DNA of 40,989 bases from Candidatus Binatia bacterium (GCA_025924215.1 JAICEJ010000001.1:1-40989), one strand, 5' to 3'; shown: positions 1 through 10,505, counted from the stretch's first letter. Notes: a model not told the origin generated them from the sequence alone. Numbers and translations: made by a program.

Positions 1-1484
1 GCTGATCCTATAGCATAACCCTTGGTCAACGCCTTCGTGGTATTTCCTACGGCGTCGAGCCTGTCGGTTTTGCGGCGAACCTCCTCCAGCTGGCCGCTCA
101 TTTCGACGATACCGCCCGCGTTATCGGTGATTGGACCGAAGGTGTCCATTGCAAGAATATACGCCGCCGTTCCAAGCATACCCATGGTGGCAACCGCGGT
201 GCCGAAAAGGCCCGCATTTTTAATCCCGCTATTCAGCCCCAAATAGTAGGACGCAATAATCGCTACCGAAATGACGACTACCGGCGCCGCTACACACTCA
301 AAGCCAACCGCGATTCCCGCGATAATGTTTGTTGCCGGTCCGGTTTGAGACGCCTCGGCGATTTCTCTCACCGGGCGATATTTATATTCAGTATAGTACT
401 GCGTTATATAGACGAAAGCTTGCGCCATGAGAATGCCGATGACGCCGCAGAGAAAAAAGTAAAACCACGCGGACTGGGCTTCTGGATACTTCGTTGGATC
501 GACAGCTAGAAGCCATTGAGCGCAAATGAAAAAGCCAACCATCGCCAACCCGCTGGTTACGTAATATCCCCGGTTCAAAGCGTGCATCGGGTCGCCGTTC
601 TCATCTGTTTTAACGATCATGATACCGACGATTGAGGCGAGGAGACCAAGTGCGCGCGCCACCAACGGAAAAACGATTCCTTTGATGCCGAAGTAGGGAT
701 AGAGGCCCACTCCAAGGATCATCGCGCCGATATTCTCCGCCGCGGTGGATTCGAACAAATCAGCACCACGGCCGGCGCAGTCCCCGACATTGTCGCCAAC
801 CAGGTCCGCGATAACGGCCGGGTTACGCGGATCGTCCTCAGGGATGCCGGCTTCTACTTTGCCGACCAAATCCGCGCCGACATCCGCTGCTTTGGTGTAA
901 ATGCCCCCGCCGAGCTGAGCAAAAAGCGCGACAAACGATGCGCCAAAGCCGTATCCGACAATCGTGAAAGGAATCTTCTGCGGGTCGTGCCCAAGGAACT
1001 CGAGCAGCGCGTAGAGGCCGCCGACACCGAGCAGACTCATAGCAACGACAAATAAGCCTGACACAGCGCCGCCGCGCATTGCGATGCGCAGGCCTTCGTT
1101 GAGACTACTGCGAACCGCCGAAGCGGTTCGGATATTCGCGCGAATTGACACCCACATGCCAATATAACCGGCAATCACCGAACAAAGGGCCCCGAGAACG
1201 AAAGAAAAAGTGGTCCAAAATGCCATTTGTACCGGCGCGACCGGATCTGCCGGACTGGGCACGCGAACATATGCGTACAGAAAAAAGATCACCGCGGCCA
1301 AAACAGCAGACATCAATATAATCGTGCGATTCTGCCGTGAGAGAAAAGCTTCAGCGCCTTCCTTGATGGCGTCGGATATCTCGCGCATCTTCGGGGTACC
1401 GGTGTCGCGCGCCAGCACCCAACGCGCTAGATAGATAGCGAATACCAGCGACAAAAAGCTTACGGCGATAACAAATGCGACCAT
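1..1484 (-). CDS. hppA: Membrane-bound proton-translocating pyrophosphatase (V-type H+-PPase). About 494 N-terminal codons are present; the 3' end runs off the left window edge.
   Basis: My own minus-strand translation from ATG 1484-1482 (GAGGAGGA just upstream) gives [22 protein letters not shown]...[55 protein letters not shown]...[18 protein letters not shown]. The frame stays open to position 1. It is absent from the ORF track because there is no stop codon in the window. Confidence 0.9.
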   Translation of the reverse strand, partial: MVAFVIAVSFLSLVFAIYLARWVLARDTGTPKMREISDAIKEGAEAFLSRQNRTIILMSAVLAAVIFFLYAYVRVPSPADPVAPVQMAFWTTFSFVLGALCSVIAGYIGMWVSIRANIRTASAVRSSLNEGLRIAMRGGAVSGLFVVAMSLLGVGGLYALLEFLGHDPQKIPFTIVGYGFGASFVALFAQLGGGIYTKAADVGADLVGKVEAGIPEDDPRNPAVIADLVGDNVGDCAGRGADLFESTAAENIGAMILGVGLYPYFGIKGIVFPLVARALGLLASIVGIMIVKTDENGDPMHALNRGYYVTSGLAMVGFFICAQWLLAVDPTKYPEAQSAWFYFFLCGVIGILMAQAFVYITQYYTEYKYRPVREIAEASQTGPATNIIAGIAVGFECVAAPVVVISVAIIASYYLGLNSGIKNAGLFGTAVATMGMLGTAAYILAMDTFGPITDNAGGIVEMSGQLEEVRRKTDRLDAVGNTTKALTKGYAIGS

Positions 1485-1520
1485 CAATCCTCCTCGTCCC
1501 TATGACTGAATAAACCAAGC

Positions 1521-2249
1521 TCACTCAGATTTACGCCAGATATACGCGACACCTATACTAAGAATGTATAGCAGCAGCATTGGTACGGCTAACAACAATT
1601 GATTAATGATATCCGGCGTCGGTGTTAAAAACGCAGCCAGTATGAATATCACAATAACCGCATAACGAAAGGACCGTCGCATGAAGCGGTGATCCCAAAC
1701 TCCCAACCGGACGAGAACAAATGTGATGATCGGCAACTCGAAGGTGATTCCGAAGGCCAGCACCATACGAAAAAAAAAAGTGAAGTACTCGCCTAGGCGG
1801 ATTGCCGGCGTAACTCCCAAAGTGCCGTACTGTTCGATAAAATAGGAAAACGCCACCGGAAGGACAATTCGGTAGCAGAAATACGCGCCGCCGAGAAAGA
1901 ATAGAGTCGCACACAGAACAAACGGGATGACTAATCTGCTCTCGTTGCCGATCAGGCCCGGTCTGATGAAACGCCAGACTTCGTAAAAAACGAAAGGAGA
2001 GGAAAAAAGCACGCCCGCTAAAAACGAGACTTTTATTTCAGTGAAAAAGGCTTCGGTGACGGTAGTACCAATTAGATTTTGCCCGGGAGGCAGAATTTGC
2101 TTGAGCGGATCCACCATAAACGCAAAGATCGCATCTGCGAAAAAATAGCAGGCCAGTGAAGCGACAATAACCGCAGCCAACGCCCTTAGTAAGCACCAAC
2201 GAAGCTCTTCAAGATGCTCCGTAAAAGTTAAATAACTATCCGATACCAC
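1521..2249 (-). CDS. tatC: Twin-arginine translocase subunit TatC
   Basis: ORF 1521-2315 shows multi-TM TatC-like sequence (TEHLEELRWCLLRAL..., six hydrophobic segments). I place the start at GTG 2249, with GGAAGG at 2258-2253. The extra N-terminal codons of the longest ORF (PTKKGKGKHPSPFC) are simply the translation of a terminator hairpin. Confidence 0.85.
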   Translation of the reverse strand: MVSDSYLTFTEHLEELRWCLLRALAAVIVASLACYFFADAIFAFMVDPLKQILPPGQNLIGTTVTEAFFTEIKVSFLAGVLFSSPFVFYEVWRFIRPGLIGNESRLVIPFVLCATLFFLGGAYFCYRIVLPVAFSYFIEQYGTLGVTPAIRLGEYFTFFFRMVLAFGITFELPIITFVLVRLGVWDHRFMRRSFRYAVIVIFILAAFLTPTPDIINQLLLAVPMLLLYILSIGVAYIWRKSE

Positions 2250-2272
2250 GGGCCTTCCACGGCGCAAATTAC

Positions 2273-2306
2273 AAAAAGGGGAAGGATGTTTACCCTTCCC
2301 CTTTTT
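2273..2306 (-). terminator. Intrinsic terminator hairpin downstream of the proline-rich lipoprotein gene
   Basis: The arms aaaaaggggaagg (2273-2285) and ccttccccttttt (2294-2306) pair perfectly over 13 bp around an 8-nt loop. Read on the minus strand, the GC core is followed by TTTTTGTAATTT. It lies 30 nt after the stop at 2336. Confidence 0.65.
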
Positions 2307-2335
2307 GGTTGGCAAATAACCTGAGGGTTAGAACC

Positions 2336-2584
2336 TTACTTGGTTTTCGCCTCGTCCTTCGTTGCAGGAGCTTTTTCACTAGTGACTGGAGCGCCTGCAT
2401 CGCCACCCGGTGTCGGCGTTGCTGGTGCCGGTTCTGCCGGAGCTGGCGCCGGTGCTGGCTCTGCAGCTGGTGGAGGCGGAGGCGGCGGGGGAGCCGGCTC
2501 TTCTTTCTTGCCGCAGCCTGCAATTGCGAGAGTCAAAGTAAAGAGGGATATCCCTGACATTAGAACAATTTTCTTACCGATCAT
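2336..2584 (-). CDS. Small Pro/Ala-rich lipoprotein (hypothetical)
   Basis: ATG at 2584 is preceded by GGAAAGGAGGTGAA. The product starts MIGKKIVLMSGISLFTLTLAIAGC, a signal peptide with lipobox LAIAG|C. This is followed by PAPPPPPPPPAAEPAPAPAPAEPAPATPTP and a charged tail. Confidence 0.6.
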   Translation of the reverse strand: MIGKKIVLMSGISLFTLTLAIAGCGKKEEPAPPPPPPPPAAEPAPAPAPAEPAPATPTPGGDAGAPVTSEKAPATKDEAKTK

Positions 2585-3046
2585 TAGTTCACCTCCTTTC
2601 CCGTCACACATCTACAAAAACGTTTAACTAAGTAAATTTTATTACATAACTCAGTCGTGGATGCAAGGCTTTTGAACTCTTCGGGAGGCGCGCGCCACTA
2701 TAATAAATATTACAGAAGAGCGACTTTCAGCACGGATTGCTGCGCGCAACATTTCACTCGCTCGTCCTACGCTGGCCAAGCTCGTTCAAAGCAGAGGAGA
2801 TCTTGTGCCGGAGATCCGTCAACCAAAAAGTTGTCTTTGTGTTTAGGCAATAGCCAATCGCCACACGAGCCTGCCATCCGTTATGACCGCGAATTTTGAT
2901 CGGAGGACTGATGTTGGCCACAGTTCTTGTGCATAAGCTGTTGATAACCGAACGAGAACCGGCTTGTACCGGCGAAAGATCGCCTATCCTAGCAGAATGC
3001 CTGGTTTGACAGCAGTCTTTCCCTTAGTTCGGTCGATGTTTACGAA

Positions 3047-4708
3047 TCAGCCTCGGCGCAGGCGCGACTGCGCCGAGCGCCGGAATTGATCTAAAATCTG
3101 CAATTCAGTACTCCTAAGCAGATAGCTGAGCCCGAGATACAATGATATTCCGAGACAAATCAAGCAAGCCAAAATCAACGCTTTCGAATACACGGCGATT
3201 CCGGTCCCTGTCCAGTCAACTTTACCAGCGAGCCAAAAAAGCGGTGTCGCCATAAGCAAGGTACTGATGAGATTCCGCAGAAAGGACTGGGACACCTCTC
3301 GTAGAGGAATTCCTTCCAGGCGCCTATGCAGGATAAGCAGCAAGATAAAGAAGTTGCATAAGGAAGAAATCGTCGTCGCTAACGCAAGTCCGCCGTGACC
3401 CAACGAAACTAAACCGATGCTAACTGATGCCGAAGCGATCATCCGGGTTATCACGCCGGCGGAATTGCCATCGACATTGATCGCACCCATCAGCGCAAGA
3501 CTGGCAACGAAGTTTATGACAAACGCTATGATTCCAACAAATACCGGGGTTTTAGTGTCTTCCATTGCATAGAACACTGGCGCGACTAATTTCGTTCCTG
3601 AGATACTCCAGAGCCCGAATGAAAAAAAAATAAGGGCTTGAGCCGAGTTCAGGGTGGCGGTCGAATCGAACGCGCCTCGTTGAAAAAAGATAGCGAATAG
3701 CGGAACCGCCAGGACAGCTAAGCCGGCTGTCGCGGGTAAACAAATGAAATTAACGATTCTGAGCGCGTACGCCAGCGTCGCGCGAAGCTCTTTGACGTTA
3801 CCCGTAACCACCAATGTGGAAAAGCTGGGCAGGGCTGCCGTGCCCAGGGCTATAGCAAAAATTCCCACCGGAAACTCTAAAAATCGGTCTGCATAATACA
3901 GATAAGAAACGCTTCCGCTCGGCAGAAAGGAAGCCAGAATAGTGCTGACCAGAACGTTGATTTGATATACCGCCGCACCGAATGCCGCTGGTCCCATCAG
4001 ATACAACAGGCGACCCAACCCCGGGTGTTTTAAATCAAAATTAAACCGCAAACGGATACCTTGTTTCAGCAAATAAGGTATCTGAAATAAAAGCTGCGCC
4101 GCTCCACCGATGAGAACTCCGAACGCGAGCCCAAGGATCGGCTCATCCAGCAACGGGTAAAACAGAATTGCGCAGACGATATTGCAGAGGTTGAATAGAA
4201 CGGGCGACATCGCTGGCGCCATGAAATGGCGTAGTGCGTTGAGTACTCCCATGGCCAAAGCAACGAGACTAACGAAAAAGATATAGGGAAACATCCAACG
4301 GGTCAGCGATACCGCCATTTCAAATTTCTCAGGCTCCTGGACAAATCCAGGAGCGAAGAACTGAGTAAGAGGGCGGGCAAAAACGATCCCCGACAATGTA
4401 ATCAAAGCGAGAAATATAGCTAAAAAGGTAAATACAATTTGAGTAACTTTAATCGCCTCGGCCTTTCCTTCTTTGGCCAAGTAGTTGGTAAAGACCGGTA
4501 TAAAGGCGACGGTCAAAGCGCCTTCCGCTGTAAGCCGCCGCAAAAGATTGGGGATTCTAAAGGCGACGAAGTAGGCATCGGCGGCACCGTGCGCGCCGAA
4601 GAGAAACCCGATAACAACATCGCGAAACAAACCCGAGACTCGGCTGAGCAAGGTAAAAAAGCCTACCACTCCGGCGGCCCGCGTTAACTTCCCGGCTTCC
4701 TCGTTCAA
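3047..4708 (-). CDS. murJ: Lipid II flippase MurJ (MviN family)
   Basis: 553-aa polytopic ORF. The N-terminus AGVVGFFTLLSRVSGLFRDVVIGFLFGAHGAADAYFVAFRIPNLLRRL is the classic MurJ signature. Confidence 0.9.
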   Translation of the reverse strand: MNEEAGKLTRAAGVVGFFTLLSRVSGLFRDVVIGFLFGAHGAADAYFVAFRIPNLLRRLTAEGALTVAFIPVFTNYLAKEGKAEAIKVTQIVFTFLAIFLALITLSGIVFARPLTQFFAPGFVQEPEKFEMAVSLTRWMFPYIFFVSLVALAMGVLNALRHFMAPAMSPVLFNLCNIVCAILFYPLLDEPILGLAFGVLIGGAAQLLFQIPYLLKQGIRLRFNFDLKHPGLGRLLYLMGPAAFGAAVYQINVLVSTILASFLPSGSVSYLYYADRFLEFPVGIFAIALGTAALPSFSTLVVTGNVKELRATLAYALRIVNFICLPATAGLAVLAVPLFAIFFQRGAFDSTATLNSAQALIFFSFGLWSISGTKLVAPVFYAMEDTKTPVFVGIIAFVINFVASLALMGAINVDGNSAGVITRMIASASVSIGLVSLGHGGLALATTISSLCNFFILLLILHRRLEGIPLREVSQSFLRNLISTLLMATPLFWLAGKVDWTGTGIAVYSKALILACLICLGISLYLGLSYLLRSTELQILDQFRRSAQSRLRRG

Positions 4709-4766
4709 ATTGACTCCGCTAACCCAAGATGGTAGGTAAATGGAAACATTATTTAGGAGGCTAGCT

Positions 4767-5039
4767 TTGGCAGTTCATCCGTCGGTAATTAAAAGACACA
4801 GGCAAAGTCTGAAACGAAAGGCAAGGAACCAGGAGACGAGATCCAAGGTGAGGACCTTGATCAAAAAAGCGCGCCAAGCAGTCTCAACTCAAACACCCGA
4901 TTCCCACGGCGCTGATATCAAAGCTGTCAATAAGGCACTAGGTAAGGCGGTGAGCAAGGGAATCATCAATCGAAATACCGCATCACGCTGGCTTTCCCGC
5001 TTGGCACGGGCGGCCGCTCGCACATCCCCTTCTGCATAG
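4767..5039 (+). CDS. rpsT: 30S ribosomal protein S20
   Basis: (M)AVHPSVIKRHRQSLKRKARNQETRSKVRTLIKKA is S20-like. The TTG at 4767 sits 7 nt after AGGAGG (4755-4760). The longer ATG-4740 ORF adds a non-S20 leader. Confidence 0.9.
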   Translation: MAVHPSVIKRHRQSLKRKARNQETRSKVRTLIKKARQAVSTQTPDSHGADIKAVNKALGKAVSKGIINRNTASRWLSRLARAAARTSPSA

Positions 5040-5085
5040 CAAGCGTATCTCGCTATCCGTCATTGCAGCCACGGGAGTGTCGGCG

Positions 5086-5709
5086 TTAGAACATCTCCAT
5101 CAATCTTTGATGCAGCTCTCGCGCAAAACGCTCGACTAGCTGTCCCCGCACCGCGCGGTTTTCTGTCTCGGTCAGTTGGATATCAGTCAGCCGACGAACG
5201 TCCGACGCATCCAACGTCCTGGTTTTGAATTCCGAGGAGCTGGTCACTACCGCGGCCCTGGAGCCGCCAGAGAGATCCGTCAGGCGCGTGCCCTGGGTTC
5301 GCCAGATAATTTCATTTGGCTCTCGACGACGCAGCGATGCATCGACAACCATGGCCGTTTCATACTGAAGCACTTCGTCGTAGCGGTTAACCGAAGCGAC
5401 ATGGCTGTCAAACGAGCGCACGACTCCCGCAACAATCCCGTCGGCTTGATCAAGCGTATCAACCACACGGAGTTGCCCGCGCCGGTAAAATTCGCTACGC
5501 AGCGCCGAGGTTAGTTCTTTCTCCAGACCGACATTGCGCGTTTGATTGATGAACGGTTCAATGTAAACCGTCCGGATGTCGTTCGGAAAAGCCTCGCTTC
5601 GTCCGGCAAATGAATAGCCGCAGCCAGCCATTAACAGAGCGGCACAGAGGTAACCGAGGGTGGTTAACGCACTTGTCCGTTCCATTGTTTGCCGCAGAGT
5701 ATTTTTCAA
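5086..5709 (-). CDS. lptE: LPS-assembly lipoprotein LptE (RlpB family)
   Basis: Signal peptide with lipobox LLMAG|CGYSFAG. The gene lies immediately downstream of leuS, which is the conserved leuS-lptE synteny. The TTG start at 5709 is preceded by GGAGGG. Confidence 0.7.
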   Translation of the reverse strand: MKNTLRQTMERTSALTTLGYLCAALLMAGCGYSFAGRSEAFPNDIRTVYIEPFINQTRNVGLEKELTSALRSEFYRRGQLRVVDTLDQADGIVAGVVRSFDSHVASVNRYDEVLQYETAMVVDASLRRREPNEIIWRTQGTRLTDLSGGSRAAVVTSSSEFKTRTLDASDVRRLTDIQLTETENRAVRGQLVERFARELHQRLMEMF

Positions 5710-5712
5710 GCC

Positions 5713-8307
5713 TCATCCCTCCAAGACAATGTTGACCAGCCTCCGCGGTACGTAAACGATCCGCTGGACCTTTTTCCCGCCGATAAAAGCTTTAACCCTT
5801 GGCTCTGCCAGAGCGTCAGTCTCAACTTGATCTCTCTGGATATCGGCAGGGACGGTCATTTTCCCGCGCACTTTGCCGTTGACTTGCAAGACGATAAGAA
5901 GTTGCTCGTCTTCGAGCGCCTCCGGTGAATACTCCGGCCAGGGTATTTGATCCAGTGGCTGGCTTTTGTTGATGTTTTGCCAGAGTTCGCTCATCAAGTG
6001 CGGCACGAATGGATAGAGAAGCTGGATGATCGTTTCCATGCCGGTCCGGATCACCGGCACGGCCAAGCGTCCTCCGTCCCGGCTTGCGGCAATACTGAGC
6101 GCGTTAAAGAGCTCCATAATAGCCGCAATCGCGGTATTGAAGTGAAATCTTCCATCGATATCATCCGTGACCTTCTTGATCGTCCGGTGGATCATGCGAC
6201 GGAGGTCACGGAGCTCAGCGGCTCCGTTGAGCTGTCCCAAATCGGCATCGTCAACAAGCAGCATTTCTCGATGCTGTGAAACAAAGCGCCACAGCCGACT
6301 TAGAAACCGAGACGCCCCCTCTACTCCTTGATCGCTCCATTCAAGATCCTTCTCGGGAGGAGCCGCAAACAAGGTGAATAGCCGAGCCGTGTCGGCGCCA
6401 TACGCTGCGACAAGTTCTTCCGGATCGACGATGTTCTTCTTCGACTTGGACATTTTTTCAACGCGGCCCTTTTCGACCGGCCGTGTGCAATGAGGGCAGC
6501 GCCATCCATCCTTTTCGGAACCGGCAAGTTCGGTCGGCAGGAGCCAATTATGCTCCAGGCAGCGATAGGTTTCTTTACAAACCATTCCTTGGGTAAGAAG
6601 ATTGGTAAAAGGCTCATCTATTTTGGCAAGCCCAACATCCCTCAGAGCTTTGGTAAAGAACCGAGCATAGAGCAGGTGCAGCACGGCATGCTCGACACCG
6701 CCGATATATTGATCCACCGCCATCCAGTACTCGGCCTGCTTAGCATCAAAGGGGGCAGTAATCGTCCTTGGAGAAGCGTAACGTAAGTAATACCAAGACG
6801 AATCAACAAAAGTATCCATGGTGTCGGTTTCGCGACGAGCGGCGACACCGCATTGGGGGCACTGAACATCAGAAAAATTTTTACTGGCAGCAAGCGGGGA
6901 GCGGCCCTTGCCGGTAAACGGCACATCGATGGGAAGGGTAACAGGCAGCTGATCTTCAGGCACTGGCACGATGCCACAACGCTCACAGTAGATAATCGGA
7001 ACCGGCGTTCCCCAATAACGCTGCCGCGACACACCCCAATCGCGCAGCCGGTAGCCAACGGCCTTTTTACCCCATCCCTCTTTCTCGAGATGTTCGGCAA
7101 TTTTTTCTTTTCCGTCGATGTTGCTTAAACCGCTGAACGGCCCGCTATTCACCATCATGCCTTCATCAACATACGCTTCGGTCAAATCTTCGCCGCGCAG
7201 AACGCTGCCGGCGGGTTGAATCACAACGTGGATCGGCAATCCATATTTGTGGGCGAATTCGAAATCCCTTTGATCGTGGGCAGGCACCGCCATTACGGCG
7301 CCTGTGCCGTACTCCATCAACACAAAGTTCGCAAGATAAATTGGAATATTTTCAGCGGTGAAGGGATTGGTGCAGTACGCTCCGGTGAAGATTCCTTGCT
7401 TTTCACCTTCTTCACTGCCGCGCCCCGCCGACTTCTGCTGTTTTATTGTGTCGGTAAATTCTCGAACAGCATCTTCTTGCGGTAGCCCTTGAGAAAGCTT
7501 CAAAGCCAAAGGATGCTCAACCGCAAGCGAGATAAACGTGGCGCCAAATACGGTGTCAGGCCGAGTGGTGAAAACTTTCAGCGCTTCTGCACGCCCGACG
7601 AGCGGAAAGATGATTTCTGCGCCGACGGATTTGCCGATCCAATTGCGCTGCATGAGCAAAACTTTCTCGGGCCAACCAGGTAGTCGTTCGAGATCTTGTA
7701 ATAGCTCCTCGGCGTAGTCGGTAATGCGAAAAAACCATTGTTCCAATTCTTTTTGAGTCACTGTCGATTCACAGCGCCAACAAACGCCGTCAATCACCTG
7801 TTCATTAGCGAGGACCGTTTCGCAGGAAGGACACCAATTAACTAGAGAACTCTTCTTGTATGCCAGCCCGCGTTTATAGAACTGTAGAAATATCCATTGG
7901 TTCCAGCGGTAATATTCGGGATGGCAAGTGGCAATCTCACGCGACCAATCGTAGGACAGGCCCATACGCTTGAGCTGCGCTTTCATGTACAAGATGTTCT
8001 CTTGAGTCCACTTTTCGGGATGAATTCCCCGTTCGATGGCAGCATTCTCCGCGGGAAGGCCGAAGGCATCCCACCCCATGGGATGAAGCACGTTGTATCC
8101 GCGCATGCGCTTGTAACGAGCAACCACATCACCGATGGAATAATTGCGCACATGGCCCATGTGAATACGGCCCGAAGGATAAGGAAACATCTCAAGCACG
8201 TAGTACTTAGGTTTTCCCTGCTCTTCAGCAGCTTGAAAGGATTTATTTTCCTCCCATAATTTCTGCCACTTCTCTTCGATTTCTCTGGGTTGGTAACGCG
8301 ATTCCAT
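5713..8307 (-). CDS. leuS: Leucine--tRNA ligase
   Basis: Contains HMGH ([15 protein letters not shown]) and KMSKS ([10 protein letters not shown]) plus CP1 editing domain sequence. The start is most likely [15 protein letters not shown] at 8307. The longest ORF begins at 8337 and would overlap nusB. Confidence 0.95.
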   Translation of the reverse strand: MESRYQPREIEEKWQKLWEENKSFQAAEEQGKPKYYVLEMFPYPSGRIHMGHVRNYSIGDVVARYKRMRGYNVLHPMGWDAFGLPAENAAIERGIHPEKWTQENILYMKAQLKRMGLSYDWSREIATCHPEYYRWNQWIFLQFYKRGLAYKKSSLVNWCPSCETVLANEQVIDGVCWRCESTVTQKELEQWFFRITDYAEELLQDLERLPGWPEKVLLMQRNWIGKSVGAEIIFPLVGRAEALKVFTTRPDTVFGATFISLAVEHPLALKLSQGLPQEDAVREFTDTIKQQKSAGRGSEEGEKQGIFTGAYCTNPFTAENIPIYLANFVLMEYGTGAVMAVPAHDQRDFEFAHKYGLPIHVVIQPAGSVLRGEDLTEAYVDEGMMVNSGPFSGLSNIDGKEKIAEHLEKEGWGKKAVGYRLRDWGVSRQRYWGTPVPIIYCERCGIVPVPEDQLPVTLPIDVPFTGKGRSPLAASKNFSDVQCPQCGVAARRETDTMDTFVDSSWYYLRYASPRTITAPFDAKQAEYWMAVDQYIGGVEHAVLHLLYARFFTKALRDVGLAKIDEPFTNLLTQGMVCKETYRCLEHNWLLPTELAGSEKDGWRCPHCTRPVEKGRVEKMSKSKKNIVDPEELVAAYGADTARLFTLFAAPPEKDLEWSDQGVEGASRFLSRLWRFVSQHREMLLVDDADLGQLNGAAELRDLRRMIHRTIKKVTDDIDGRFHFNTAIAAIMELFNALSIAASRDGGRLAVPVIRTGMETIIQLLYPFVPHLMSELWQNINKSQPLDQIPWPEYSPEALEDEQLLIVLQVNGKVRGKMTVPADIQRDQVETDALAEPRVKAFIGGKKVQRIVYVPRRLVNIVLEG

Positions 8308-8311
8308 GCTT

Positions 8312-8728
8312 TCAGTGAGCTTTGGCAATCTCTGCATGCGCTAGCTGATCCAACACGCCGTTGATAAACGAGCCCGAATCGTCGGTGCCGAACCGTTTGC
8401 CCATCTCAATAGCTTCGTCCAGACTGACATTGAGGGGAATGTCCGGGCAGAAGATCAATTCGTATACCGCCATCCGGAGAATTAGCAGATCCACTTTGGC
8501 CATGCGCACGAGCCGCCAGTTTTGCGTGCACTGCTCGATCAATCGATCGATATCGGGACGTTGGCTGACGACGCCGGATACTAAACGGCGCGCGAATTCT
8601 TTGGCCGGCGCACTGCCTTCGAAGTGACTGAGGAAGAGATCAACCGCTGCCGCTGAAGCATCCCCGGTAATTTCAATCTGATAGAGAGCCTGAAGGGCCA
8701 ACTCCCTGCCTTTGCGCCTAGTTCCCAT
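8312..8728 (-). CDS. nusB: Transcription antitermination factor NusB
   Basis: [23 protein letters not shown]... is a typical NusB N-terminus. An alternative TTG start lies at 8770. Confidence 0.88.
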   Translation of the reverse strand: MGTRRKGRELALQALYQIEITGDASAAAVDLFLSHFEGSAPAKEFARRLVSGVVSQRPDIDRLIEQCTQNWRLVRMAKVDLLILRMAVYELIFCPDIPLNVSLDEAIEMGKRFGTDDSGSFINGVLDQLAHAEIAKAH

Positions 8729-8797
8729 GACTAAAAGAATCTTGTGGATATTCTTAACGATCGGACGCAAGTCCCCTCGACCACGAAATCCATACGA

Positions 8798-9268
8798 TTA
8801 TCGAGCAAGCTGGCGCAGTACGTTTACCATCTCAATGGCAGTTAGAGCGGCTTCATATCCTTTGTTCGCATCCTTCACTCCGGAGCGTTCCATGGCCTGT
8901 TGCACGTTGTCGGTTGTCAGGACGCCGAAACTGATCGGGATGCGGTATTCCCAAACAGCCTTGCTAATTCCATGAGTTACAGCATCGCAGACATACTCGA
9001 AATGCGGCGTATCGCCTCGGATCACGGCACCGAGACACACGAGCGCATCAAATTTTCCGCTGGCTGACATCCTTGCCGCGACGATGGGAATTTCAAACGC
9101 TCCCGGCACATGAATTACCGTCAGATCGTCATCCGCGCCGCCATGAGTCTTCAGACCTTCCAATGCGCCTTCGAGAAGCTTGACCGTAATAAAATTATTG
9201 AATCGGCTGACAATGACGCCGATTTTCATGCCGCGCGCATCAATGGTGCCTTCGATGACTTTTGCCAT
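8798..9268 (-). CDS. ribH: 6,7-dimethyl-8-ribityllumazine synthase
   Basis: 156 aa with KIGVIVSRFNNFITVKLLEGALEGL...HVPGAFEIP...LGAVIRGDTPHFEYV. Confidence 0.95.
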   Translation of the reverse strand: MAKVIEGTIDARGMKIGVIVSRFNNFITVKLLEGALEGLKTHGGADDDLTVIHVPGAFEIPIVAARMSASGKFDALVCLGAVIRGDTPHFEYVCDAVTHGISKAVWEYRIPISFGVLTTDNVQQAMERSGVKDANKGYEAALTAIEMVNVLRQLAR

Positions 9269-9278
9269 AAACGTCGGG

Positions 9279-10505
9279 TTAAGATTTGGCTGGTTTCGCT
9301 TCCAGATTGGTTAGCAAGTGGCCGAGTTTTTTTTGCTTGGTGCGCAGGTAATGAATATTGGTGTCACGTGGCGATACTTCGAGAGGAACTCTTTCTTTGA
9401 CCCTCACCCCGTACTCTTCGATACCAGAAATCTTTCGCGGGTTGTTGGTCAACAGGCGAACGCTTTTCACCCCCAGATCCCGCAGCATCTGAGCCGCGAT
9501 TCCATAGTCCCGGAGATCTTCTTTGAACCCTAGTTCCAGATTGGCCTCGACCGTATCAAAGCCCCGATCCTGCAACGCATATGCTTTAATCTTGTTGGTG
9601 AGGCCGATGCCACGACCCTCTTGATGCATATAAACGAGTACGCCTTTGCCAGCCTGATCAATGAGCCTGAGCGATTGGCGGATCTGGTCGCCACAGTCGC
9701 AGCGCTCTGAGCCGAAAACATCTCCAGTCAAGCATTCCGAATGCAAACGCACCAGGACGCTGTCAGGGTTGCTGATATCCCCCTTAACCAGCGCCATATG
9801 CTCGGAAGCATCCACTTCGTTTCGATAAACGATAGCCTTGTACATGCCGCCATGGATTGTCGGAAAGATCTCCTCGGCGGCTCGTTTCACCAAACTTTCA
9901 TTGCGTAAACGATAAGCGATCAGCCGGGTCACGGCCACGACTTTTATTCCCAGCCGCTCCGCGAGCTGTTCCAGATCCGGCAACAATGCCACAGCACCGT
10001 CATCGTTGAGTATGTGGCAGATCACCCCTGCAGGGGTAAATCCGCATAAGCGCGCTAAGTCGATCGAAGCTTCCGCTCGTCCCGAGCGTGCGAGTACTCC
10101 CCCGGAGCGCGCCTGGATCGGCTGGATATGTCCCGGGACGATTAAGTCCGCATGTTTTGCTTGATCGGCGACAGCGACTTGAATCGTATGCGCGCGCCCC
10201 TTGGCGGAGACCGCGGGCACACCTTCAAGACGCGCGGAAAAGGCCGCTCCGAACAGATGCCCGGAGAAGTTGCTGCTCTCATGCGGAATCAGCAGAATGC
10301 CCAGCTGGCGAATTCGCTCGTCGGTGAGTGCCAGATAAATGACCCCTCTGCCGTGGTGCAGCATCTGATTGATTATGTCGGCGTTGACCTTCTCGGCCGG
10401 AACGCAAAAAAACCCGTCGCTGTCTGCAGCCTCCTCATTGACGAGAATAATCATCCGCCCCTGGCGAAGGTCCTCGAGGGCTTCATCAATACTGGAGATG
10501 GGCAT
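9279..10505 (-). CDS. ribBA: Bifunctional 3,4-dihydroxy-2-butanone-4-phosphate synthase / GTP cyclohydrolase II
   Basis: 408 aa. The N-terminal half is DHBP synthase-like. The C-terminal half has LVRLHSECLTGDVFGSERCDCG...YMHQEGRGIGL. Confidence 0.95.
   Translation of the reverse strand: MPISSIDEALEDLRQGRMIILVNEEAADSDGFFCVPAEKVNADIINQMLHHGRGVIYLALTDERIRQLGILLIPHESSNFSGHLFGAAFSARLEGVPAVSAKGRAHTIQVAVADQAKHADLIVPGHIQPIQARSGGVLARSGRAEASIDLARLCGFTPAGVICHILNDDGAVALLPDLEQLAERLGIKVVAVTRLIAYRLRNESLVKRAAEEIFPTIHGGMYKAIVYRNEVDASEHMALVKGDISNPDSVLVRLHSECLTGDVFGSERCDCGDQIRQSLRLIDQAGKGVLVYMHQEGRGIGLTNKIKAYALQDRGFDTVEANLELGFKEDLRDYGIAAQMLRDLGVKSVRLLTNNPRKISGIEEYGVRVKERVPLEVSPRDTNIHYLRTKQKKLGHLLTNLEAKPAKS

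Noticed and set aside
2250-2315. N-terminal extension of tatC (MPTKKGKGKHPSPFCNLRRGRP)
   Set aside because: These codons are the two arms of the terminator hairpin at 2273-2306. GTG 2249 with an SD gives a TatC N-terminus of canonical length.
2290-2627. Four mutually overlapping ORFs on both strands (77-95 aa)
   Set aside because: They are artefacts of the GC-rich Pro/Ala-coding low-complexity tract. Only the frame with an SD, signal peptide and lipobox (2336-2584, minus strand) is credible.
2657-2899. 80-aa plus-strand ORF in the murJ-lipoprotein spacer
   Set aside because: It has a GTG start without an SD, an Arg/Ser/Cys-rich composition unlike the other proteins here, and no recognisable motif.
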